From Candidatus Gottesmanbacteria bacterium (GTDB lineage Bacteria > Patescibacteriota > Microgenomatia > UBA10105 > UBA927), in the NCBI GenBank assembly GCA_023245335.1, contig JAHFKK010000001.1:683282-747281 (forward strand): DNA of 64,000 nucleotides, read 5' to 3'. A program made the position numbers and the translations under genes. A model generated the notes under the pieces. It saw only the letters and a list, made by a program, of their open reading frames with translations. It had not been told where the DNA came from and searched no databases. Position 1 is the first letter of the stretch, and each line of letters begins with the position of its first letter. This document shows positions 1 through 9,637 of the stretch, one piece after another.

Positions 1-1
1 A

Positions 2-2059
2 AGTCCGGCGACCGAGAATCTACCCAAAGGCAGTGAGTTTTTATCCGTGCCTCAGGTGACGGCTCCGACGACTCCAGCTAAGACATTCAAGACCATTGAG
101 GTTTACACGAGCTCGCCGCTTGCGACCGGATCGGGAGAGATTGCGACCGTATCCGGAAGTTTCCTGGTACAAAAGGCATTTGTCTACGACATATCCATAA
201 CGACGAGGTTCCAGGGGGAGTGGCCCCTTGCGATCGAGGCGTTTCAGAGGAATCTATTGTTCGGCAGCGGATATTCGAGCTTGTCCGTCGCAACAGACGG
301 CGATTACATGCGTATGCTGGGGGAGACGGGTATTGCGGGGACTGTCGCGTTTCTGGGAATATTTTTGGCTGCGTTCTATCTCTACTTCAGGGAGAGGGCG
401 GCGCTTCCGACGCTCGAGGAATCGTTCGCGACCGGCGTGTTCGCAGGTCTTATCGGGCTTTTCTTAAACGGCATCCTTATCGATGTATTTGAATCATCAA
501 AGGTAGCGTACACGCTCTGGCTGCTTTTGGGCATCACGGTCTCAATCCTTTTAGTCCGCCCCTGGCGCGTGTCGTACTGGAAGCTTCTTTGGCAGGCGCT
601 TACCCACAAGATCGCCTTCATCCTCTATATCTTTATCGCGACGCTTCTCATATATAAGCGTACATTTTCCATGTATTTTATCGGAGATGATTTTACCTGG
701 CTTCGGTGGGCGGCCTCCTCAACGACCGGCGATGTAGTAAAATATTTCACCAATGCGGCCGGATTTTTCTATCGACCGATCCCCAAGCTTTTTTACTTTG
801 CCCTTTATACTATTTTTTGGTTGAAGTCCGGTGCCTATCACATCATGGCGGTAGGGCTTTTTGCTATCCTTTCGATACTCATATTTATCCTCATGAAGCG
901 GTTACGCATAGCGTCCTGGCTCGCATTTGTGATGGCGCTTGTCTTTAGTGTGCTCTCTATACATCATGAAAACGTCATTTGGGTTTCCGGAATAAGCAGC
1001 CTTCTTTATACGGTGTTTCTCGTGACTGCTCTTATAGGGGTCACGTATTGGAAAGCGTTATCCGGCTGGCGTCGGCATGTCGTTTGGGCGGGGATACTTG
1101 TCTCGACGCTTCTATCCGTGCTTTCTTACGAGGGAGGCGTTATTACCCCGGTTATCGTCTATCTTATCGCCTGGTCAGAAGGAGGAGCGGGCGTGTGGGA
1201 GGCCGGATCGCTTCTGGTCACGGGTCTTATCTATGTGTGGATGAGAAACGCGGCTCACGCAATAACTCCATCGGGTGACTATAGCGTAAGACTCTCAACC
1301 GTTTTCGTAAACACGATAGGAAATACCATAGGGTATGCGGCATCCATTCTTTTCGGACCGAGGGCGCTTGAATCCACGACCGCTCTACGAGCGGCGATGC
1401 GTGCCCAGAAACTCATTTCCGTCGCTTTCGGCGGAGCATTCGTGGTCGCTCTTTTTGTCTTCATGAAAAAGACGATGCGTTTTTGGAGTCGAGAGGGAAA
1501 GAGGTTGGGAACATGGATAATCGCGGCGTGGCTGACGCTCGTGCCGTTTATCGGACTCGGAGGTATCGCGGAACGATATGGGCTGGCGGCATCAGCGGTG
1601 GGCGTCGTGGCACTTGGTCTGTTGGCTGAGCTTCTTCTCCAGAAACGCGGACTCCTGGTGCGTAGCGCGGTTGTCGTCGTTCTCATGGGCTTTGCGGCGT
1701 GGAATTATTATGATTTACAGCGGGTCATGGGTGATTGGATATACGCAAGCCACATCACGGAAACGAGCGTCCTCACGTTAAAAACCAATTACTTCCCGCT
1801 CCGGGATAAGCAGGCGTTCGTGTTTGTGAACACGCCGATCCGGTATGGTCGCGCGTGGGTGTTTCCGACTGGTTTGAACGATGCCTTGTGGCATATGTTT
1901 AAGTTCAATCCGTATCCGTATAGGGTCTATACGGCACCGACCGTCAAGGATGGCTTTCTTGTTACTTCGCCTCTTGGTACGCCGGTTGTTCTGGTATTTG
2001 ATAAAAACGGCAATATCTCTAAAGCGATCAAGGAAGTCAAAACTATTGAGGTGAAATAA
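2..2059 (+). CDS. Partial (5'-truncated by window) polytopic membrane protein: O-antigen ligase/Wzy_C-like segment followed by GT-C-like multi-TM domain
   Basis: Reading frame is open from window position 2. The N-terminal part has the 'GYSSLSVATDGDYMRMLGETGIAGTVAFLG' motif typical of O-antigen ligase family C-terminal region. It is followed by about 450 aa of hydrophobic TM segments. Confidence 0.5.
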   Translation, partial: SPATENLPKGSEFLSVPQVTAPTTPAKTFKTIEVYTSSPLATGSGEIATVSGSFLVQKAFVYDISITTRFQGEWPLAIEAFQRNLLFGSGYSSLSVATDGDYMRMLGETGIAGTVAFLGIFLAAFYLYFRERAALPTLEESFATGVFAGLIGLFLNGILIDVFESSKVAYTLWLLLGITVSILLVRPWRVSYWKLLWQALTHKIAFILYIFIATLLIYKRTFSMYFIGDDFTWLRWAASSTTGDVVKYFTNAAGFFYRPIPKLFYFALYTIFWLKSGAYHIMAVGLFAILSILIFILMKRLRIASWLAFVMALVFSVLSIHHENVIWVSGISSLLYTVFLVTALIGVTYWKALSGWRRHVVWAGILVSTLLSVLSYEGGVITPVIVYLIAWSEGGAGVWEAGSLLVTGLIYVWMRNAAHAITPSGDYSVRLSTVFVNTIGNTIGYAASILFGPRALESTTALRAAMRAQKLISVAFGGAFVVALFVFMKKTMRFWSREGKRLGTWIIAAWLTLVPFIGLGGIAERYGLAASAVGVVALGLLAELLLQKRGLLVRSAVVVVLMGFAAWNYYDLQRVMGDWIYASHITETSVLTLKTNYFPLRDKQAFVFVNTPIRYGRAWVFPTGLNDALWHMFKFNPYPYRVYTAPTVKDGFLVTSPLGTPVVLVFDKNGNISKAIKEVKTIEVK

Positions 2060-2061
2060 GT

Positions 2062-3540
2062 ATGAAACGACGTGCTCCATGGTGGTTTACTGCTGCAATT
2101 GTGGTCATTGTATTGGTCGCTGTCGGCCTTCGGTTATATCACCTAACGTATCCGATAGCAGACTGGCATAGCTTCCGGCAGGTCGATACGGCAGCTGTCG
2201 CGCGATACTTTGTGAAGTTTGGGATGAACCCATTGAAACCGCGGTATGAAGACATGTCCAATATTCAGTCGGGTAAGGATAATCCCATGGGCTATCGGAT
2301 GGTAGAGTTTCCCATATACCAGATTATCGCCGTAGGATTGAGTCATTTGTCCGGCGGAGTACCACTTGATATATGGTTACGGATTACGTCTATTTTGGCC
2401 GCGACCGGTACGGCGGTCATGTTGACGTTTTTTATGACTGCACTCGCGGGTCCTCTCACTGGAATTTTTACCGGGGCAGTCTATGCGGTACTCCCGTATA
2501 GCATGTATTACGGGCGGGTGACGTTGCCGGAGCCGCTTGCAGTTTTTTTTGCGGTTGCCAGCCTCTATTGTCTTGTCTCCCTCCCTGACCGGTCGGAGGA
2601 AAAGCGATCCCGGGATACATGGGTATTCGTGGCGAGCATTGTGAGCTCTGCTTTGGCCGTATTGGTGAAGCCTACCGTTGGGTTTTTGCTCGTTCCCATA
2701 CCGTATCTGCTGTATAAAAAATACGGCTTATCCGTATCGTTTGTTGTCCGGAGTATTGTGTTTGGTGTTCTTGCGCTTGTACCCTTTTACTTGTGGCGGC
2801 AGTGGATACTTCATTTCCCGGAGGGAATACCTGCTTCGGATTGGTTGTTTAATAAAGGAGATATCCGTTTTAAGGGTGCGTGGTTTTATTGGCTATTTTC
2901 TCAAAGAATCGGGAGTCTTATTCTGGGATACTGGGGCCTTATACCGTTTGGCATCGGGCTCATGATACCGACGGATAAAAAGGAAGGCTGGACGCTGCGA
3001 TTACTGCTCCTGGGGAGTCTTTCCTACCTTATCGTGTTCGCTTCAGGAAATGTGCAACATGATTACTATCAGATTATTTTATTGCCGATTCTCTGCATGT
3101 ATGTCGGTAAAGGGATCACCTACATGCTGACCAACCGCCTGTTTTCCCGTCCCATGGCATTCATAACTACCGTCGTGTGTCTCGCCTTCGCATGTGCCTT
3201 TTCATGGTATACGATCCATACTTATTATTGGATCAACCGTCCGGAAATCATTGAAGCCGGAAAAGTTGCGGACAGTATATTGCCCAAAGATGCAAAAGTG
3301 ATCGCACCATATAACGGAGACACGACGTTTTTGTATGCAACCAACCGTCAGGGGTGGCCGGAAGGATTTGATATAGATAAAAAAATCGCTATGGGGGCAG
3401 GAGCGTATGTGACCGTGTCTCCGAAAGATGACGATTGGGAAACGAAAACATTGGCCGAACAATATACGGTGCTTGTCCGAAACGATAAGTTTGCCATCAT
3501 CGATCTGACGAAGCCGAAAAAGCTCATAAAGAGTAAGTAG
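2062..3540 (+). CDS. Polytopic membrane glycosyltransferase, GT-C fold (PMT/ArnT GT39/83-like)
   Basis: 492 aa with an N-terminal TM, a first-loop 'ADWHSFRQVDTAAV' region and many TM helices. Sits next to soluble GTs. Start is 3 nt after the upstream stop. Confidence 0.5.
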   Translation: MKRRAPWWFTAAIVVIVLVAVGLRLYHLTYPIADWHSFRQVDTAAVARYFVKFGMNPLKPRYEDMSNIQSGKDNPMGYRMVEFPIYQIIAVGLSHLSGGVPLDIWLRITSILAATGTAVMLTFFMTALAGPLTGIFTGAVYAVLPYSMYYGRVTLPEPLAVFFAVASLYCLVSLPDRSEEKRSRDTWVFVASIVSSALAVLVKPTVGFLLVPIPYLLYKKYGLSVSFVVRSIVFGVLALVPFYLWRQWILHFPEGIPASDWLFNKGDIRFKGAWFYWLFSQRIGSLILGYWGLIPFGIGLMIPTDKKEGWTLRLLLLGSLSYLIVFASGNVQHDYYQIILLPILCMYVGKGITYMLTNRLFSRPMAFITTVVCLAFACAFSWYTIHTYYWINRPEIIEAGKVADSILPKDAKVIAPYNGDTTFLYATNRQGWPEGFDIDKKIAMGAGAYVTVSPKDDDWETKTLAEQYTVLVRNDKFAIIDLTKPKKLIKSK

Positions 3541-3571
3541 GGGAAGGAGCGTGTCGTCGGCCTTATTAGTT

Positions 3572-4768
3572 ATGAAAATTCTCTTTGTCTCCGCCGTTTT
3601 GCCGTATCCACTGCGCTCTGGAGGCCAGATCCGCATATATCAGCTGCTGAAACGATTATCCAAGCGTCATGAGATTACACTCGTATCGTTTATACGGGAT
3701 GAAAAGGAACGCGTCTACACGTCAGAATTAGGATTTTGCAAACGGGTCTATATGGTAACTCGTGGGTACGCGTGGCAGCCGAAGTATATCGTACGGGCTT
3801 TAACAAGCAGTTTTCCGCTGCTTCTTGCGACCTATGATAACTCGAGAATGCGGGCACTTCTTGCGAAACTACTTGCCGGAGAAAAATATGATCTCATGCA
3901 TCTTGAGCCGTTTTATGTATGGCCGTCTGTTCCACGCGACCACCCACCGGTCGTTGTGTCGGAACACAATATAGAGTACCTGGTCTATGAGCGGTATGTG
4001 GCGCGATTTCCCGTATCGTTTCTTCGTCCGTTGCTCTCTTGGGATGTTGGAAAGCTTTTTCGGTGGGAGCGCCGCATTTGGCGTAATGCGACCGCAGTCA
4101 CCGCCGTTTCGTCCGCTGATGCCGCTGTCATAGAAACGTATCTCAGTCACGACATATCTGTCGTGCCGAACGGCGTCGATCTTTCCATGTTTGTGTATAA
4201 GAAACCGGAGACGAAGGGCGGGAAACGGGCGGTGTTTGTAGGTAATTTCCGTTGGCTCCCGAACCGGCAGGCGGCAAGTGATCTTGTCAGGACAATTTGG
4301 CCGGCAATACGCGCGCGTTACCCCGACGCAAGCTTAACTATCGCAGGCCGATATATACCGGCAGACCTCAAAGCGTCGATGCAGGCGATAGGCGGTACGG
4401 TTATCGAAAACACGCCCGATATAACCCGCGTGTACCATAACGCCGATCTCCTGCTTGCCCCCCATGCCATAGCGGGAGGCACCAAATACAAGATGTTGGA
4501 GGCGATGGCTTCGGGATTGCCGATCGTGACCACGACGCACGGGATGGCCGGACTTATGGTTGAGCCGGAGGTTCATTATCTCGAGGCGCGGACAACGCAT
4601 GAGTATATAGACGCGGTGGGTAAGATTTGGGAAAATACGTCTTTAGCTGAGCGTATAGCCCGGGATGCCAGAAGACTCGTCGAAACGACATATACGTGGG
4701 ATATCATCTCTCATGCGCTTAACAATGTCTGGAGAAACGCATATGCAAAAGGTAAAGACAGATCCTAA
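3572..4768 (+). CDS. Glycosyltransferase family 4 (GT-B)
   Basis: Classic 'MKILFVS' start and the C-terminal 'GGTKYKMLEAMASGLPIVTT' GT4/GT1 motif. An alternative GTG start lies at 3551. Confidence 0.75.
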   Translation: MKILFVSAVLPYPLRSGGQIRIYQLLKRLSKRHEITLVSFIRDEKERVYTSELGFCKRVYMVTRGYAWQPKYIVRALTSSFPLLLATYDNSRMRALLAKLLAGEKYDLMHLEPFYVWPSVPRDHPPVVVSEHNIEYLVYERYVARFPVSFLRPLLSWDVGKLFRWERRIWRNATAVTAVSSADAAVIETYLSHDISVVPNGVDLSMFVYKKPETKGGKRAVFVGNFRWLPNRQAASDLVRTIWPAIRARYPDASLTIAGRYIPADLKASMQAIGGTVIENTPDITRVYHNADLLLAPHAIAGGTKYKMLEAMASGLPIVTTTHGMAGLMVEPEVHYLEARTTHEYIDAVGKIWENTSLAERIARDARRLVETTYTWDIISHALNNVWRNAYAKGKDRS

Positions 4769-5648
4769 CAAAAAACGACCGGATGTATCCGTTGTCATTC
4801 TGAACTTCAACACACTCGACCTCACGCGGACGTGTCTTCGCTCGCTTATTGCCTCCCGATTAGGTCTGTACACCATGGAAATCATCGTCTGCGATAACGG
4901 GTCGGCGGATGGCAGTCTCGATATGATCAAAAAGGACTTTCCGCAAGTCACTCTCATAGATAATAAGAAAAATTTGGGGTTTGCGGCAGGGAACAATCCG
5001 GGGATACGCCGGACGAAGGGGCGGTACGTCCTCCTTCTCAACACCGATACGGAAGTGCCCGGAGAGACCATCTCGACGATGCTCCGATTCATGGACGATA
5101 CGCCCGATGTCGGGGCCGCGACATGCAAGCTCATGCTTCCTGACGGATCTATGGATCCTGCGTGCCATCGGGGCTTTCCGACGCCATGGGTGGCGTTTAC
5201 CTACCTCACGAAATTGGAAAAGTTGTTTCCCCGCACGAGGTTATTTGGCGAATACCACGAGGGATATAAGGATCTTTCTACGATTCATGAGGTGGATTGT
5301 ATTGTCGGAGCGTTTTTTCTCGTTCGCCGGGAGGTCATCGAGAAGGTTGGATTGTTGGATGAAGACTATTTCATGTACGGCGAAGATATTGATTGGGCCT
5401 ACCGCATACGGCTTGCCGGATGGAAAATCATGTACAATCCGACCGTGACCATTCTTCATAAAAAAAAGCAAAGCGGGCGAGCAAACATCCTTCGTGTGCG
5501 GCGGGTCACAACAGAAATATATTTCAACAAGTACAACTGGTTATTTTACACGAAGCATTATGCGAAAAAATACCCCGGAGTACTCACGTGGATCGTAAAT
5601 GCACTATACGCGACACGGTTATTTTTTCTGGAGACCTTCTCCATCTAA
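4743..5648 (+). CDS. Glycosyltransferase family 2
   Basis: 'VSVVILNFNTLDLTRTCLRSL' plus 'DNGSADGS' and 'LLLNTDTEV' (DxD region). GGAGA 9 nt upstream of ATG 4743. The longer ORF from 4665 would overlap the upstream gene. Confidence 0.75.
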   Translation: MQKVKTDPNKKRPDVSVVILNFNTLDLTRTCLRSLIASRLGLYTMEIIVCDNGSADGSLDMIKKDFPQVTLIDNKKNLGFAAGNNPGIRRTKGRYVLLLNTDTEVPGETISTMLRFMDDTPDVGAATCKLMLPDGSMDPACHRGFPTPWVAFTYLTKLEKLFPRTRLFGEYHEGYKDLSTIHEVDCIVGAFFLVRREVIEKVGLLDEDYFMYGEDIDWAYRIRLAGWKIMYNPTVTILHKKKQSGRANILRVRRVTTEIYFNKYNWLFYTKHYAKKYPGVLTWIVNALYATRLFFLETFSI

Positions 5649-5652
5649 TACT

Positions 5653-6765
5653 ATGACGATAGGGATCGACGCACGACTCATTGCAGAGACCGGGGTGGGC
5701 AGATATATACGGAATCTTATTCGAACTGTGGCCGCAATCGATCAGACCAACACGTACATCGTCTATCTGCGGAAAAACCAGTTCGAGGCATTTACGCTAC
5801 CGAATCGTAGGTGGCAGAAACGACTTGCAGAGGTGCCATGGCACACCGTGCGTGAGCAAATCGCGATGCCGGCAATTTTTGCTCGCGATACCCTCGACCT
5901 TGTGCATATCCCGTATCATAACCCGCCCATTTTTTACCAAGGAGCTATGGTCGTTACCATACATGATCTGACGATTCTCCATTTCAACACCGGGAAAGCG
6001 ACCAACCTGCCGCTTCCCCTCTATATGCTGAAGCGCCTGGGGTATTGGCTTGAATTAGAGGTGGGACTACGGAGAGCCAAACGCATCATTGCGGTTTCGG
6101 AGGCAACGAAACGCGAAATCATAGATCACTTCCATATACCGGCTGAAAAAATCGTTGTTACGTACGAAGGAGTAGATCCGAATATTCGAAAGCCCGATCG
6201 TCGGGAGTCGCGAAGGCTCATCCCCGAGCCGTATTTCCTGTACGTTGGAAATGCGTATCCTCATAAAAATATCGAAATGCTGCTTCGTGGCTTCGCGCGG
6301 TTTATAGCGGACACCGACGGAAAAAGCGAAACGAAACTTGTGTTAGTCGGGAACGCTGACCCCTTTTATCGTCGACTGCAGGAAGCAGTGAAATCCATGG
6401 AGCTTTCCGGTTCCGTACGATTTTTCGGTCCTGCCAACGACACAGAGCTTATCAATCTCTATAGTCATGCCGTTGCATTTATTTTTCCGTCGCTCATGGA
6501 GGGGTTCGGGCTGCCCGCGCTTGAAGCGCTTTCGTTAGGGTGCCATGTACTGGCATCTGATATTGCTATTTTTCATGAAATATTAGGTCCGTATGTGACA
6601 TATTTTGATGCTGGAGACGTAAAAAGTATTGCCACGGCCCTTACCAATGCGTTGGGGGGCGGCGTGAAGACTATGACAGAGTCCCAAAAGTTTGTCGCAG
6701 CATATTCGTGGCAGCGTATGGCGCGGGAAACTCTCGATATTTATGAACGTAGCGCTCGTCTATGA
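5653..6765 (+). CDS. Glycosyltransferase family 4
   Basis: 'MTIGIDARLIAETGVGRYIRNL' N-terminus; C-terminal 'FIFPSLMEGFGLPALEALSLGCHVLASD' E-x7-E motif. Confidence 0.75.
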   Translation: MTIGIDARLIAETGVGRYIRNLIRTVAAIDQTNTYIVYLRKNQFEAFTLPNRRWQKRLAEVPWHTVREQIAMPAIFARDTLDLVHIPYHNPPIFYQGAMVVTIHDLTILHFNTGKATNLPLPLYMLKRLGYWLELEVGLRRAKRIIAVSEATKREIIDHFHIPAEKIVVTYEGVDPNIRKPDRRESRRLIPEPYFLYVGNAYPHKNIEMLLRGFARFIADTDGKSETKLVLVGNADPFYRRLQEAVKSMELSGSVRFFGPANDTELINLYSHAVAFIFPSLMEGFGLPALEALSLGCHVLASDIAIFHEILGPYVTYFDAGDVKSIATALTNALGGGVKTMTESQKFVAAYSWQRMARETLDIYERSARL

Positions 6766-7870
6766 TCGGGTAAATAAGTGGGGAGGAGCAGAGCGGGTAC
6801 TACTCGCCCTACATCGTATTTGGCCCGATGCGCCACTTTTTACTGCGGTATATGACCAAAAACACGCCGCATGGGCGGACGTGTTTACCGTCAGGCCTTC
6901 CGTTCTTCAACGCATACCTTTTGCGCGATATGTTCACGAATCACTCGCGTTGGTGACGCCAATAGCGTTTGAGTCCTTTTCGTTTGACGGATATGATGTG
7001 GTAATTTCAGTGACGTCGGCGGAGGCCAAAAATATCATCACGAAGCCCGGTACGGTTCACATATGCTATTGCCTCACCCCGACCCGGTATTTATGGAGTG
7101 GCTACGAGCACTATAAATCGCAACCGGGATTGGGATATGCGAGTCATGCGGCCTCATTAGGCTTGCGGCTTTTTGGCGCCACCCTGCGGCGCTGGGATGA
7201 AATCGCCGCACAGCGACCGGATTATTACATAGCAATTTCGGAGCATGTCAAAGCACGTATCCACACGTATTATCATCGCGGAGTGTCGGAGGTCATTTAT
7301 CCGCCGGTCGACACGACGAAATTCGTATCCCATAATCTATCGTCGGTACAAAAGAAAAAGCAAAACTATTTTCTGACGGTCTCCCGCCTGGTGAGTTATA
7401 AGCGCGTCGACCTTCTCATCCAGGCGTTTAACGAACTTCAGCTGCCGCTTGTCATAATAGGAGACGGTCATCAGAAGAAAGAGCTCCAACAATTAGGCGG
7501 AACGACCATCACGTTTGTTGATCGTCATTTGACAGATTCCGAACTCGTTGGGTATTATGAGGGTTGTCGCGCGTTTGTATACGCTGCAGATGAAGATTTT
7601 GGGTTAGCCGCGGTAGAAGCGCAGGCATGCGGGACGCCGGTTATAGCTTATAAGGAAAGCGGCATTGCAGAAGTTGTCCGGGATAGCGTGACGGGAATAT
7701 TGTTTGGTTCGCAAACAGCTGATGCGATTATTCGAGCGGTCCGTTTGTTCGAGAAGAAAACATTTTCATCTGCAGAATGCAGAAAACAGGCCATACAGAT
7801 GAGCGAACCGAGATTTATGAAAGAAATGGAATCGGTAGTCAGCCGTTTGGTAAAGGAGTCAAAACTATGA
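6743..7870 (+). CDS. Glycosyltransferase family 4
   Basis: 'MNVALVYDRVNKWGGAERVL' start and C-terminal 'DEDFGLAAVEAQACGTPVIAYKESG' motif. Overlaps the upstream gene by 23 nt. Confidence 0.7.
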   Translation: MNVALVYDRVNKWGGAERVLLALHRIWPDAPLFTAVYDQKHAAWADVFTVRPSVLQRIPFARYVHESLALVTPIAFESFSFDGYDVVISVTSAEAKNIITKPGTVHICYCLTPTRYLWSGYEHYKSQPGLGYASHAASLGLRLFGATLRRWDEIAAQRPDYYIAISEHVKARIHTYYHRGVSEVIYPPVDTTKFVSHNLSSVQKKKQNYFLTVSRLVSYKRVDLLIQAFNELQLPLVIIGDGHQKKELQQLGGTTITFVDRHLTDSELVGYYEGCRAFVYAADEDFGLAAVEAQACGTPVIAYKESGIAEVVRDSVTGILFGSQTADAIIRAVRLFEKKTFSSAECRKQAIQMSEPRFMKEMESVVSRLVKESKL

Positions 7871-8952
7871 AGGCAATTATATTTGCTGGCGGGGTGGGGA
7901 CCCGACTTTGGCCGCTTTCCCGAAAGAAGTCGCCGAAACAGTTTGAAAAAATAATCAGTGATCAATCCACACTTCAGCTTGCCGCCAACCGACTTCAGCC
8001 GGATTTTCATTGGAAAGATGTATACGTTTCAACCGGTAAAGCGTACGTCCCTATTGTTCAGGAACAGTTGGATCGTCTTCCCCCGAAGAACGTCATCGGT
8101 GAGCCGGAAGTACGTGATGTCGGTCCGGCCGTGGGCCTTATGACTGCGATACTTGCAAAAGAATCGTCCAATGAGCCTATGGTTATTCTTTGGAGTGATC
8201 ATTTGGTGAAAAAGCAGGCGCTGTTCCGCAAGATTCTAAGAGTCGCAGGCGATGTCGTCAAAAAGGATCCGAATAAAATTGTTTTTGTCGCAGAAAAACC
8301 GCGGTTTGCGAGCGAAAATTTAGGATGGATATCGTATGGCGCACAAGTATCCATGCAGGAAGGTCTGTCATTCCATTCATTCGTTGATTTCCAATATAGG
8401 CCGGACCGTGAGACCGCGAAGAAATATTTTGCAAGCGGCCATCACGCATGGAACTTGGGATATTTTGTGGCGACTCCGGCATTTTTGTGGAAGCAATACG
8501 AAACGTTCGCTCCGAATCTGGCGACCGGTATCGCCCGTATTGCGGATAGTTGGGGTACTTCAGGATTTCAGAAGACGTTAGATGAGGTCTACCCGACGTT
8601 GGAGAAAATCAGTTTCGATAACGCGATACTGGAGAAGTTGGATCCAAACGACGCATTGGTTATTTCTGACAATATCGAATGGAGCGACATAGGCGCATGG
8701 GAAGCGCTCAAAGAGGCATTGGAAGAAAGTGATGATAAAAACGTGACACAGGGAACTGTTCGGCTTGAGGATACATCGGATAGTCTCGTCTATAACTACA
8801 ACAAAAAGCAATTGGTCGTCGCGATAGATGTCGAAGGCATGCTCGTCGTCAATACGGATGACGTCCTTCTCGTCTGCAAAAAATCATCTGTTCCCAAAGT
8901 CAAAAAATTCGTCGAGTCACTACAGGGGACAGAGCATGACCACTTAACATAA
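7867..8952 (+). CDS. Sugar-phosphate nucleotidyltransferase, mannose-1-phosphate guanylyltransferase-like
   Basis: 'MKAIIFAGGVGTRLWPLSRKKSPKQF' N-terminal NTP-transferase signature. ATGA start/stop overlap with the upstream GT. Confidence 0.65.
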   Translation: MKAIIFAGGVGTRLWPLSRKKSPKQFEKIISDQSTLQLAANRLQPDFHWKDVYVSTGKAYVPIVQEQLDRLPPKNVIGEPEVRDVGPAVGLMTAILAKESSNEPMVILWSDHLVKKQALFRKILRVAGDVVKKDPNKIVFVAEKPRFASENLGWISYGAQVSMQEGLSFHSFVDFQYRPDRETAKKYFASGHHAWNLGYFVATPAFLWKQYETFAPNLATGIARIADSWGTSGFQKTLDEVYPTLEKISFDNAILEKLDPNDALVISDNIEWSDIGAWEALKEALEESDDKNVTQGTVRLEDTSDSLVYNYNKKQLVVAIDVEGMLVVNTDDVLLVCKKSSVPKVKKFVESLQGTEHDHLT

Positions 8953-8953
8953 T

Positions 8954-9601
8954 ATGGATGGGTTCCTCTATACCGTCACGAAGCGACTGATTGATGTCAT
9001 CGGCAGCATAGTTTTCATGCTTCTTTTTCTTCCCATCGGTATAGTCGTTGCTATTGCGATAGTTTTGGATACCCCGGGGCCGGTATTTGCTGATACTCCG
9101 GAGCGGGTGGGGAAAAACGGGATACCCTTCAAGCTCTATAAATTCCGTTCGATGGTCATTAACGCACATGTGAAGTTACGCACCGATCCGAAACTGCGTT
9201 TACTTTACAAAGAATATAAGCGCAATAGCTATAAATTGCACGATGACCCCAGAGTGACGACGGTCGGGCATTTTATTCGGAAACATTCGCTCGACGAGCT
9301 GCCGCAGTTTGTGAATGTACTCAAAGGAGACATGAGTTTGGTGGGACCCCGGCCGTATTATTCCGATGAATTGGTCGAACAGCAGCGGAAGTATCCGCAT
9401 ACGAAGGATTTGGTGAAGGTCGTGCTTTCCGCACGCCCCGGTATCACCGGTCACTGGCAGGTCTCTGGCAGGAGTGAAGTAAACTTTGATAAACGTATTA
9501 AGCTTGATGCGGACTACGTGCAGCAGAAGTCGTTACCGCTTGACCTTTTTATCATGCTAAAAAGTCCCTGGGCAATGATTTCCGGTAAGGGTGCGGTATA
9601 A
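8954..9601 (+). CDS. Polyprenyl-phosphate sugar-1-phosphate transferase (bacterial sugar transferase, WbaP/EpsL-type priming enzyme)
   Basis: One N-terminal TM, then 'KRLIDV...PVFADTPERVGKNGIPFKLYKFRSM...DELPQFVNVLKGDMSLVGPRP' family signature. Confidence 0.8.
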   Translation: MDGFLYTVTKRLIDVIGSIVFMLLFLPIGIVVAIAIVLDTPGPVFADTPERVGKNGIPFKLYKFRSMVINAHVKLRTDPKLRLLYKEYKRNSYKLHDDPRVTTVGHFIRKHSLDELPQFVNVLKGDMSLVGPRPYYSDELVEQQRKYPHTKDLVKVVLSARPGITGHWQVSGRSEVNFDKRIKLDADYVQQKSLPLDLFIMLKSPWAMISGKGAV

Positions 9602-9608
9602 ATCATTC

Positions 9609-9637
9609 TTGACAAGAAACCAGGCGCACGGCACAAT
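9609..9637 (+). promoter_or_regulatory. Sigma70-like promoter TTGACA-17-CACAAT. In-frame ATG 9645 lies 8 nt after the -10 (leaderless configuration)
   Basis: Perfect -35 TTGACA at 9609-9614, 17-nt spacer, CACAAT at 9632-9637. Intergenic, just after the sugar-transferase stop. Confidence 0.4.

Noticed and set aside
4665-7866. Long N-terminal extensions of ORFs 4665, 5599, 6692 and 7777 in the ORF track
   Set aside because: Each extension overlaps the preceding gene extensively. Conserved GT or NTP-transferase N-terminal motifs begin at internal ATGs 4743, 5653, 6743 and 7867, which were used instead.
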